From assembly GCF_023055435.1 (NCBI RefSeq), contig NW_025964001.1, forward strand, positions 39,990,001 through 40,054,000: 64,000 nucleotides of DNA, in the 5' to 3' direction. Shown here piece after piece: positions 25,290-35,850 of the stretch (position 1 is the first letter of the stretch; the number at the start of each line of letters is the position of its first letter). This DNA is from Haliotis rufescens (Eukaryota). Both the position numbers and the translations under genes were made by a program. The notes beneath the pieces were generated by a model. It did not search any database, was not told the origin of the DNA, and saw only the letters and a program-made list of their open reading frames with translations.

Positions 25290-25592
25290 ATGCATACAAA
25301 AGCAAGTCTAGCCAGCTCAAGCTAGCTCTATTCCATTCTGAAATCAGCATAGGGAACTTTTTTAATTTTTAGAGTCAAGAAGGATATTGTGTAATATAAG
25401 ATTTCAGAGACTAAATGTTAGTCTAATCGTCTCTTTTACAGACCCTGATACAATACAGCCCATGCAAGTATATAATGTTTGGCAAGTCTAGATGTCTTCA
25501 GTATCTGAAAATGAAGAGAGTCTGGGCTCCTTTTTATTAAATTTTTTTTTCTGTACGATGTGTTCATTTCAGAGACTAGATGTTAGTCTAAA
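25290..25592. repeat. Unclassified dispersed repeat (related at about 34170-34350, 50120-50295, 54680-54750)
   Basis: Shared aatacag(t/c)ccatgcaagt.tataatgtttggcaagtctag and gactagatgttagtctaa. Confidence 0.75.
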
Positions 25593-26167
25593 CAGAACAC
25601 TGTGTCCAGGAAACCGGTGACCATTGCATTGTGTCCACGAAATCAGAGCACATGCACTATGTGCAGAAGCAGTACACGTGCATTGTTGCATCTGCATCTG
25701 TGTCGTCTTGGTATTGACAAGGTACCGTTCTCCCACTAAGGCAGGCTACAATCACAACATGTATAATGACAGCCAAGGAGGTTGTCAGTGCGTAAAACAC
25801 AGAAAAGTAGTGTCGGTCGTAACTTCTAATTTATTGTGACACAGAAAATCTGCACTATCGGCGAAGTGACAGGACGAATAACTTGTGACTTAGTGACTTA
25901 GACTGTTAGCGGCACGGCGTGAAATTACTGCCCGCAACTGACCCGGCGACTTGGGCCGCCTGCAGCAGCACGACATTGGGAAGCTGAGGTTCCGTCTTTG
26001 ATGTTCATATTTCCAGGAATGTACATAAATACGGTTAACTAAATGTTTGAATTCCATGGCTGTATAGATTCCACATGTTGGAACTCCCCGGTGACCTTTG
26101 ACAAGAGATGCAGAGTGGGGTGGGTGCATGACTTATTGATATCGGTGGAGCGTGTGCGCGTTCAGCG

Positions 26168-26467
26168 TGTGGGGGGTCACCAAAGGGTTTCAGTGTACCC
26201 ATCAGGGGAATGGAACTGGGAACCCGGCTTCGATTCCCCACATGGGTACAATATGTGAAACCCATTTCCGGTATTCCCCACCGTGGTATTGCTGGAATAT
26301 TGCTAAAACCATATCTCACTCAACCACTCCAGACACGCGAGAGAGTGAAAAGGTACACACCAACATCAACATTACAGCAACGTCACAAATTGTTCCCATC
26401 TTGGGCATCGAACCAGGACTTCGGTGTAACGAGCGAACGCTATGCCAACGGGGCGCCCTCACTCCCT
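26168..26467. mobile_element. Rearranged SINE A fragments in alternating orientation
   Basis: Minus fragment 26168-26217, plus fragment 26220-26325, minus head fragment about 26388-26467. Confidence 0.65.
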
Positions 26468-26488
26468 TTCAAAACAGCAAAGCATATA

Positions 26489-26660
26489 CATTAAACTACG
26501 TTTATAACGAACACGCTTATAACGAACTTACCGATATAACGAACTTGTTTTTTAGTCCCGGCAATTGTTGCATATATGCTGTGTATATGCTTATAACGAA
26601 CTATGGTTATTACGGACTAATAAGTGGTCCCTTTGAGTTCGTTATAACCGTAGTTTACTG
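26489..26660. mobile_element. Tigger/pogo-like MITE
   Basis: TA flanks; TIR cattaaactacgtttataacgaac vs cagtaaactacggttataacgaac; internal ataacgaac repeats. Confidence 0.85.
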
Positions 26661-27687
26661 TAATACAATATGAACTTCGCATTTTTTAATATGTTTATAT
26701 AATACTCTTTATCTTTAGTCTCGTTAAAATAACGGGTCTTTTTCTGTCCAGGAAGTTGGTCTATCGCCAGGAAATAGCCCTGGGAAACACTTACCAAATG
26801 ACTGTTATCAAGTAACCCAACTAGCTGCAATGGTTGTGTTGTACAAAGGGTAATGTCTTCAACACCAATCAGTAGCCAACGCCTAACAAAGAACAAGGCC
26901 TACCTCTCTGCGGCGCTGCACCTCAGCAGCAATAATTAGATCGACTGGCTATACTGAACCCTTTAACTAACTCCTCTATGCTGAGTTCGCGTGCTTCACG
27001 TCATCAGTTGATTTGCAGCCTCTTAAGTTCTTCACCTGGAGTGCTTTTTACAGGCCATGAACAGGTACTACACAAGCATAAACGCCCTTGGTCATTTGTC
27101 CGACCAGGCTGAGAGCGTGGCTTCTACCTTGACCGCGGTCATCATAGACTCCTGGACTATCGATGACGTCATTAATGCCGCGTGGGAACTTGATTATCCT
27201 TGTGCTAAGGGTCGACTATAATAAAATATGATTAAGTGTGTGTGTAACGTTTCGATCAGGTATTCTCATTAGTTTTATTAAAGTATCGATAATTTCTATC
27301 ATGGAAACAGTCACGACATGTGATCTTGGCATTAATATTGTGCACTGTTGAAAAATACTACATATATCATTGAAATTGTGTTTAGTTGGAAATTGATTAA
27401 TTCGAACTCATAAACATGATATCTGAGCGCAAAGCCATTAAGCCAGTAGTTTAAACTCGAACTTATTACAGGCGTAATTAGTAATTGTTTCCAGTGTTTT
27501 AGTGGTGAATGTATTGATTAGCTGCTCAGGGATGAATGCCAGCAGGATAAGGGGTTTCAAGGTCAGATTCAGTTACCCAGACCGTACACCGTAATCACGC
27601 AATCCTCATTAGTAGACCTTAACACACGTGGGATACTATTGAATTTTACTCATTAATCGCCCTTTTCGCCCTCGGTAACTTTGTGAC

Positions 27688-27875
27688 TGTAAGAACAGGT
27701 GAAGTGATCCGGTGGTCAGGCGAATTGGTTGACTGCATGTCATCGTGACCCACTGGGTCGTTGCTCATACTTTCACTCACTTGTTTGTCTGCCCCAAACA
27801 TGATTGTTCACAGGTCGCTGTGACATTGCTGGAATATTTCTGACTGCAGTGTTAAAAAACATTCACTCATTCACT
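27688..27875 (+). mobile_element. SINE-like family B, old and diverged
   Basis: gatccggtggtcagg...catgtcatcg...gctggaatatt. Confidence 0.65.
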
Positions 27876-28749
27876 AACTCGGAATTCTTCTGTCACACTT
27901 ACTTTAGTGTGTTAGAATCGTGATAATGGGAATGCATCTTAGTTCTGACGAATGTGGTAGGACAGGGCATGCTTATTGTATTCGCGACCATCTGGTGTCA
28001 TCACTGATTTTTTATCCATTCGTATAATTTTCAGCGCTATTTTGACTTTCACACACAAAGGAATCTGTTAAGGAAAATAATCGAGACTGATTATTTTGGG
28101 GTGTTCTTTCGTTTTGAATTTGCCACGATGGTCAATGGAAATATTTATATCCTATTTTTCGAAATCTTAGGTCACAAAATAAGCCTACGACAATAAACAC
28201 AATATGGTATTTTAAGTTATATATAAACATGATGATCCTATCCAAACATTCCAATATCATAATTACCATGTATGCAGCTGCTGATTTCTCAAAATAAACT
28301 GCCGGGGAAAAGTTCAAGTATACACATGAAAATTGGATTTGACCAAAATGTTACAAACGTTGTCAAAACGTTACTAGGCTGACTTGCTGTGAGATACTTA
28401 TTGAGATGTACCTGTTATATCGCCTCCGATACCCGTATCAAATACACTACCATCAAATGATCATTTTTTGTTTGTTTCATTGTAAGCCACGATTAAACAT
28501 GGGTACATACTTTCTTTTGCCAGGCCTTTTGCCCAAGTCCGTTCAGGGCAGAACATCAGTTTGCGAGTTTTGCATTCTTTTATTATTTCTGTATCAAAGT
28601 TTCTTTGCTAATGTTATATTTCCCATCAGCGTGATACTGCAACGGTTAAAAAAAATCTTAGTAATATTTAGTTTTGCAATTTAGAAATAAATTTAAATAA
28701 TGAGGGTTTTTTATATCTTGATCAGAAAAAAAATCATGAATGCCGGATA

Positions 28750-29079
28750 TATAAAGTTGATACTTTTAAAATATAAATTTTTATAATATATTAATATATT
28801 TTTAAAATTATATGTATATTTATATAATTATTATTAAAAATAATAACTTTGAAAAGGGTAGGTGGCATTCATATTTCTAAGAAGTGATTAAGTACAAGCA
28901 TTTTTAAGAATATATATCTATAAAGTTGATACTTTTAAAACATTCACTTTAATAATATATATAATATGTTTGTTCTAATTATATGTATATTTGTATAATT
29001 GTTATTAAAAATAATAACTTTGAAAAGGGTAGGTGGCATTCATATTTCTAAGAAGTGATTAAGTACAAGCATTTTTAAG
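28750..29079. repeat. Tandem duplication of about 169 bp
   Basis: taaagttgatacttttaaaa at 28752 and 28921; identical ending gaaaagggtaggtggcattc...gcatttttaaga. Confidence 0.92.
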
Positions 29080-30322
29080 AGTTCTGGAATAACAACATCC
29101 TTGACCTTGAAAGCACTTGCTGGGTGTAACAGTAAACCGCGTCCTCAGGTCAATCTCGTGGTCAGTCTCACTTGAAACACAACACACGACCCCCCGACCC
29201 CGTGATGGGAGTGTTAATGATGCTTGTTTAGAATGGCTGGAGATCCACACGGCGATAGTCTCACGGTAATGGTTCTACCGAATGACCATTGGTCATTCAA
29301 ACCGCGGCTAATTTGTTGTTCTCACGTGGTAATAACGGTCCGGTATCACACGTATTGACCGTTAATACCAGCGCACTTTTTATGCCCTCAGGGTATGGAT
29401 AATGACTGCCCTTGACTGCCCAACGTCAATGAGGCATGTGCACCTGGGATATTTCCAACACATCCATAGTTTGTGCGTGAATGCCGTTTTACGCCACAAT
29501 ATTACAGACGCAATACTGAATTACCGACAAACGAGGGGTTGATAGCATGCAGAATCCACGCTAGACTGACGTTTAGTATCAGAAATTAAGTTATCTTATT
29601 TAATAATATATATCTACAAAATATAAATGAAAATCCAAATGGAGCTCAGAACAGTCCCTAATTTCAGAGCTGAGGCAATCAATCTTTGCCAAATCATTCT
29701 AGACTTGAGTTTGACTTTATTACTAATTTATTATCTTGATTCTAGACCAAGAGGCCGAAGAGATACGATTTCATAGAATTAGCAAGGTTGACATTGAAAC
29801 CTATTATAGAATATAAGCGTATTGTGGTGGTGACATATTGCACAGGAATTATAAAAAAAAGTTTAGATATAATATAGCCCTGGTTTATGGTTTTCAGGGA
29901 TAATAACATATGTTTATAATAGTCGAAACGTAATTTATGCAAATCTAATTACATTTTTAACGTGTGTAGACAGAATTAATGTCAACATTATTGTATCCAC
30001 GGCTTTGATATATGTGATTTATACGTTCATGGCAAATGCGAATATCTGTGACCTACATTGTGTTATTGAGTACTGTATGTGTCGGATGATAACACACTTA
30101 GACAAGCCAATGACAGCTGTTCACTGAGAGCCACATTGATGTCACCTGGCCAGGCGGACATCAATTGTCCGCAATCGCTCGAGAATAATCAGTGAATAAA
30201 TGTGCCTGTGGAGGACCTGTATAAGACCTGTGAAAACATGCATGAGATGGAAGACCAGGTGTCTCGCACTACCCGTTTCCTCAAATTATCTGCTTTAATT
30301 GTATTACCTTGGGTGAGGACCA

Positions 30323-31158
30323 ATCTTCTTTAGGTTACAGGCAATGTGATCTTCTTCAGATTAAAGACATTGTGATCTTCTTTAGGTTACAAGCAATGTG
30401 GTCGTCCTGGGTTAAAGGCATTGTGATCTTCTTTAGGTTACAGGCAATGTGATCTTCTTCAGATTAAAGACATTGTGATCTTCTTTAGGTTACAAGCAAT
30501 GTGATCGTCCTGGGTTAAAGGCATTGTGATCTTCCTAGGTTAAAGGCATTGTGATCTTCTTCAGATTAAAGGCATTGTGATCTTCTTCAGATTAAAGACA
30601 TTGTGATCTTCTTTAGGTTACAAGCAATGTGATCGTCCTGGGTTAAAGGCATTGTGATCTTCCTAGGTTAAAGGCATTGTGATCTTCTTCAGAATAAAGG
30701 CATTGTGATCTTCTTCAGATTAAAGACATTGTGATCTTCTTCAGATTAATAACATTGTGATCTTCTTTAGGTTAAAGACAATGAGATCTTCTTCAGATTA
30801 AATACATTGTAATTTTCTTTTGGTTAAAGGCATTGCGATCCTCCTAGGTTAAATGCATTGCGATCTTCCAAGGTTGAAGGAATTGTGATCTTCCAAGGTA
30901 AATGACAGTGGGATCTTCGTCAGATTAAAGACAGTGTGATCTTCTTTGGGTTAAAGACATTGTGATCTTCCAAGGTAAATGACAGTGGGATCTTCTTCAG
31001 ATTAAAGACATTGTGATCTTCTTTAGGTTCAAGACATTGTGATCTTCCAAGGTAAATGACAGTGGGATCTTCTTCAGATTAAAGACATTGTGATCTTCTT
31101 TAGGTTAAAGGCATTTTGATCTTCTTAGGTTAAAGACATTGTGATCTTCTTAGGTTAC
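30323..31158. repeat. 25-26 bp minisatellite (ttaaagacattgtgatcttct..ag)
   Basis: Over 30 visible units. Confidence 0.95.
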
Positions 31159-31380
31159 ATTCGTTGCGTCCTATATGACCTTCTTCCGTGTCCTGGGTTG
31201 ACCTGTTTCAAAGGAAGGGCACATGAAATATCCACGCTGAATCATGTCATACGCCAAATGCTACGATCCCTTTGTGCACATGGACCCTCCTTGAAATGAA
31301 GGATATCATGCCCTGAAAGTATGTCTTTGGGATATTTAGCTACATGACCTGGGATGACCTGGAAACAGTAAGTGTGCGAA

Positions 31381-31611
31381 TGATTTTGTTTTATAACACG
31401 GCACTCAGCAATATTCCAGCTACAAATAATCGAGTCTTGACCAGACAATCCAGTGACTGACATCACGAGCATCGTTCTAAGAAATTGGGATGCGATGACA
31501 TGCATCAACCAACAGACCAAGTCAACGACCCTGACCAACTGATACCGTTAGTCGCCACTTACGATAAGCATGGGTTGCAAAAAACAAACCTAACCCGATT
31601 CTTCACAGGGT
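31381..31611 (-). mobile_element. SINE-like family B variant with altered head and a single cgtaag..gcgactaa module
   Basis: Alignable to family B; shares private variants with 45081-45292. Confidence 0.88.
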
Positions 31612-32066
31612 GTTGAGTGCGAGTGACCTTGTGTGATAAATGTGAAGGACTCCATGACCTTGACCTGCATAAAATATAGACCGCAATATTTTAACAGTGA
31701 CAGATACAAGACACTTAAACAAATATATCAGAAAAAACAAGTAAGTCTACAATACTTTGGCAAGTCGAGATTTCTTCAGTTTCAAATCAAGTTATTTTGT
31801 GGGCACCTTTCTATTATATGATATGCAAGTGATTCCGTGGCATTTGATTGGCTAACCAAACCATTTATTTATAACATAATAAGACCACGCCCACAAACGG
31901 ACTGCTGTTTCCTGATTGGCTGATAATAGAATGGGCAGGGCTGGTGTTGTATTATTGCGAAGAATACTGTCACTGATTTCGTATTGTTGTCTAACGTTAA
32001 TGATTATTTTTTTGCATATATGATTAAGTAAGTAGACTGTGAACAGTAGTCTGTGAACTTATTATT

Positions 32067-32434
32067 GGACCCGTGACGATCCAGGGTAGAATAGTTGTTC
32101 GTCGATAGTTTTCATAGATGATGTTCCATGATATTGGTTCTATACTGTAATACTAGATAATGGACCTGTGAAGATCCGGGTAGAGAATAAGTCTTCAGCA
32201 ACCCATGCTTGCCGTAAAAGGCGACTATGCTTGTCGTAAGAGGCGACTAACGGGATCGGGTGGTCAGGCTCGCTGACTTGGTTGATGCATGTCATAGTAT
32301 CTCAAATGCGTGGATCGATGCTCATGATGTAAATAACTGGATTGTCTGGTCCAGACTCGATTATTCACAGACCGCTGTCATATAGCTGGAATATTGCTGA
32401 GTGCGGCGTTAAACAAGAAACAAACAAACAAACA
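32067..32434 (+). mobile_element. Chimeric family B locus: short head fragment, captured flank of the 1.5-kb copy, then full element
   Basis: Head 32067-32094; 32095-32161 is the reverse complement of about 1522-1590; full element from 32162; TSD-like aacttatt on both sides. Confidence 0.9.
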
Positions 32435-33230
32435 AACTTATTGCTGATACACGTATTGAAAAGAATTTACTTCAATGTGGAGCTATATGCTGATTTACAG
32501 TTTGCACACCGGCTCCATAAACGCAAAAAAGTATTGAAGTCAATTCTTAATTAAAAAAAACAATTAACCGCAAAATATCTTAAAATATTTTCATTTCAGA
32601 GCCTTAATGTTTGTCTAAGAGTAACGAATTTCAACGTTTAAGATAACATGTAGGTTTGGGCTGCAATACCAAATTGTACTTTCTTGAGATAAATGGACAG
32701 GGATTTTATCATTTATCAGCCCGTACCGACGCGGAGCACCAAAATACGAAATATCCTGAACCCCACCCGAATGTTTGGAGTGATGCACCAACGCTTTAAC
32801 TAATGGGATTCACTGTCGTCCATGGAGGCGAAAGTGTGCGGTGCGGCCTTCTGGCAGCGAGGGCTTTCATGACCTTACATGCCCTATCAGCCACGCAGGA
32901 CTTCACTGTCCGTCGAGGTGAGCCCGCGTCCTCATATGAACTGCTCGTACAGCGTGTCCTCGGCTGGCCAGCGGTCAGTGGGTGGCAATTCCATGCCCCA
33001 TTACGTCTTTACGGGCGGCGTATGTTCCCTGCCAAGGAGAAAGGAGAAGAGAAGATCGCGGGGGAAGGGAGCAATGTGACGGAACGAACAGCTGAGCGTA
33101 AGGGCCAGTACGTGCACGGATATTTGCAACACTGTAATATGCTAATTAGCGTCGATATATTACAGCTGTTTGGCTGTCAAATCTACATGTATAATAATTT
33201 TTTCAATTATGCTGTTGAAAGACGCATACA

Positions 33231-33370
33231 NNNNNNNNNNNNNNNNNNNNNNNNNNNNNNNNNNNNNNNNNNNNNNNNNNNNNNNNNNNNNNNNNNNNNN
33301 NNNNNNNNNNNNNNNNNNNNNNNNNNNNNNNNNNNNNNNNNNNNNNNNNNNNNNNNNNNNNNNNNNNNNN
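33231..33370. other. Assembly gap (140 N)
   Basis: Run of N. Confidence 1.
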
Positions 33371-34630
33371 ATATGAGGTACCCATTAACCTTTCAATCCA
33401 TGGTTTAATTCATTTTTTTTATCCATCTTTTCATCATTATAATTTTAATTGCATGGAACTGCTCTGTGTCAAAGCCGAAGTCCCACTCTGTAATGTGGGT
33501 CACTGGCCGGGTTACAGAACCAGGGAATGCTGCTGCACGCTCTATCGTCTACAGCTGTTGATGAAGACAATATCAGCTGACCGGCATCTCTGCCAACTGT
33601 TACATGGGGCATTATGATTTGACGATAATTTATGGAATTGTTGAATAGAAGTATACAGTGCAGTCAGTAAGTGTGTGCGTGAGCGGAGTCCCTCGGTCAC
33701 TAACTCGCACATCGATAATCAATCACCCAAACATTTGAACGCCATCGTAAGTGTGATTGTCGTCGGAATGATCTTCACGAAGCAAGTATGAAACGCCACT
33801 GGGACACATTTCATAAGCTATCCTAACACTGCGATTACCGTAACGCCTATGTTTTAACATAGACTTGCAAAAGTCCAAGCGCTACGATCGCTTTGTGAAA
33901 ATGCCCATTTCACGAAGCAGTCGTAGCGATACGCCGTCGTCGCGGTGCTGCAGTCATACCTCCCTTGGCGTGTGCATCAATGTTATGTTTGATCGTGTCA
34001 ACTTTTACTTATATTTTATTAAATGGGTTTGAATGTGTCTCGTGGGACTAATGGCCTGATGTTGTTTATCGTATAGTTATTTTAATCGTTCCATACTGTA
34101 CATATAACATGTGACACAATTCTTCTTTCTGTTAAACAATGGGAGTTACGAGAGTCGTAGTACAACGATCGCTTAGTCTGTCTTACATATCCTGATACAA
34201 GTATGTCAAATACAGTCCATGCAAGTCTATAATGTTTGGCAAGTCTAGTCTTCTGCAGTATCAGGCAGAGAGTCTCTGGGCACCTTTTTATTAATTTTTT
34301 ATTAAGATAATTTAACAACTATTTTTTCTGTACGACTAGATGTTAGTCTAACGATCGCTTTACGACACAGAGTCTACCAAACAAGGGTCAACTGTAATGA
34401 AGCATAACAGGGAGGGTAGTGATTGCAGGTGCCTAAAGAGGGGAAGGGGGTGGGGGGTCGGGATGGGGAGGGGCATTCTCAGTTTTAATTTTTTTCTACC
34501 TTATTACTTTTGTAGTTGGGACATGGGTCCGATTTGTGAAATCAAAAACAACATCGATGGTTTTTATGCCAATGGATCTTTTGTGACGGGCAATCATTTT
34601 GCCGTTGACTATGATTCCGGACATTTTGAG

Positions 34631-34909
34631 TGAGTGAGTGTGGTTTTACGCCGCTTTTAGAAATATTCCTGCAATATCATGGTGGGGGACACCAGAAATG
34701 GGCTTCACACATTGTACCCATGTGGGGAACTAACCCGGGTGACAGAATAAAGAGTGAGTATGGTTTTACGCCGCTTTTAGAAATATTCCAGCAATATCAT
34801 GGTGGGGGACACCAGAAATGGGCTTCACACATTGTACCCATGTGGAATTGAACCCGGGTTATCGGCGTGACGAGCGAACACTTTAACCACAAGGCTACCC
34901 ACCGCCCGC
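34631..34909 (-). mobile_element. SINE family A with tandem duplication of its 3' part
   Basis: Partial copy 34631-34740 plus full copy 34753-34909 inside a single TSD cattttgag. Confidence 0.9.
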
Positions 34910-35215
34910 CATTTTGAGCAATATGAATATAGTCCTATTGTAGTGTCACGCGCGTGTAGTATAATAGGCTACATTGGTATCATATAGTGAAATCTCAAAC
35001 CACTAAGCAGATCACCACATAAGATCACCTCTCAGTATAGCTGTGTCCCTTGCTATGGTATCGTACGCCCGCTCTATAATATTGGTTTCAATTCTCTTGG
35101 ACTAAATACAATTACAGCAATAGTCCGACCGTATCACTGTCCTGTACCCGGCAGACCAGTGGTCAGCAGTGAGAGCAAAGATCCATGCAGAGGGTGAACG
35201 AAGACACACATTCCT

Positions 35216-35341
35216 GGGCCTTGTTCCACTAAGCGATCTTAGCGCTACGACTATCGTAGGTCTATGTTAAAGAATGGGAATGTTGAGGTATTGGAGCTAC
35301 GGTCACCATAGCACTAAGATCGCTTTGTACAACGGCACCCA
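35216..35341. mobile_element. Short palindromic MITE, possibly PIF/Harbinger-like (relatives about 33800-33910 and 63455-63540)
   Basis: aagcgatcttagcgcta mirrored by tagcactaagatcgctt; tggg...ccca ends. Confidence 0.65.
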
Positions 35342-35494
35342 GGACATAACCTACTATGAATCTTCTCTTACGGTCGAAATCCAAGTACAGTTCATACAGC
35401 CATTGTGACCACCCGATCTCCTTTTTGGTCGCCACAAACAGAGAATCTAGCGCCTGTAATGAAACGTAGGCTTACAGTGCGCTACCCAGTCAAA

Positions 35495-35850
35495 GAATGG
35501 TTGCAATGGTTCCGCAGCTTGGCTCCTGAGAGTTTCTAGGGTTTCGGTCCTGCTCCACACTGAAGCACATGTAGCACATGTGGTGTCTCCTTGGGCAAGT
35601 GACTTTGTTCGAAATGTGCTTCTGTTCACCCAGCAGTGAGTGGGTACCCGGTAGTATGAGATGGTAATGGGGCTGTTAACCTTCTAGCGCCTCACAGGCA
35701 GCTTGGGTTGTATACTCCCCAGGGAGCTGAGAATGAAATTCGAGTGCTCACTGATCCATTGACCGGGGTAATAATAGTGTAGCGCTATGAGCATCCACTT
35801 GGTGAATGGAATCTGGCGCATTATAAATGCACTTAATATTATTAATAATT
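35495..35850 (+). mobile_element. SINE family E, CORE-like with L2-like tail (remnants about 45650-45810 and 48240-48480 on minus strand)
   Basis: gtgtctccttgggcaagtgactt, cacccagcagtgagtgggtacc, agcgctatgagca...gcgcattataaatgca...attatt. Confidence 0.65.

Noticed and set aside
32803-33408. 201-aa ORF
   Set aside because: Inflated by the N gap; no recognisable domain
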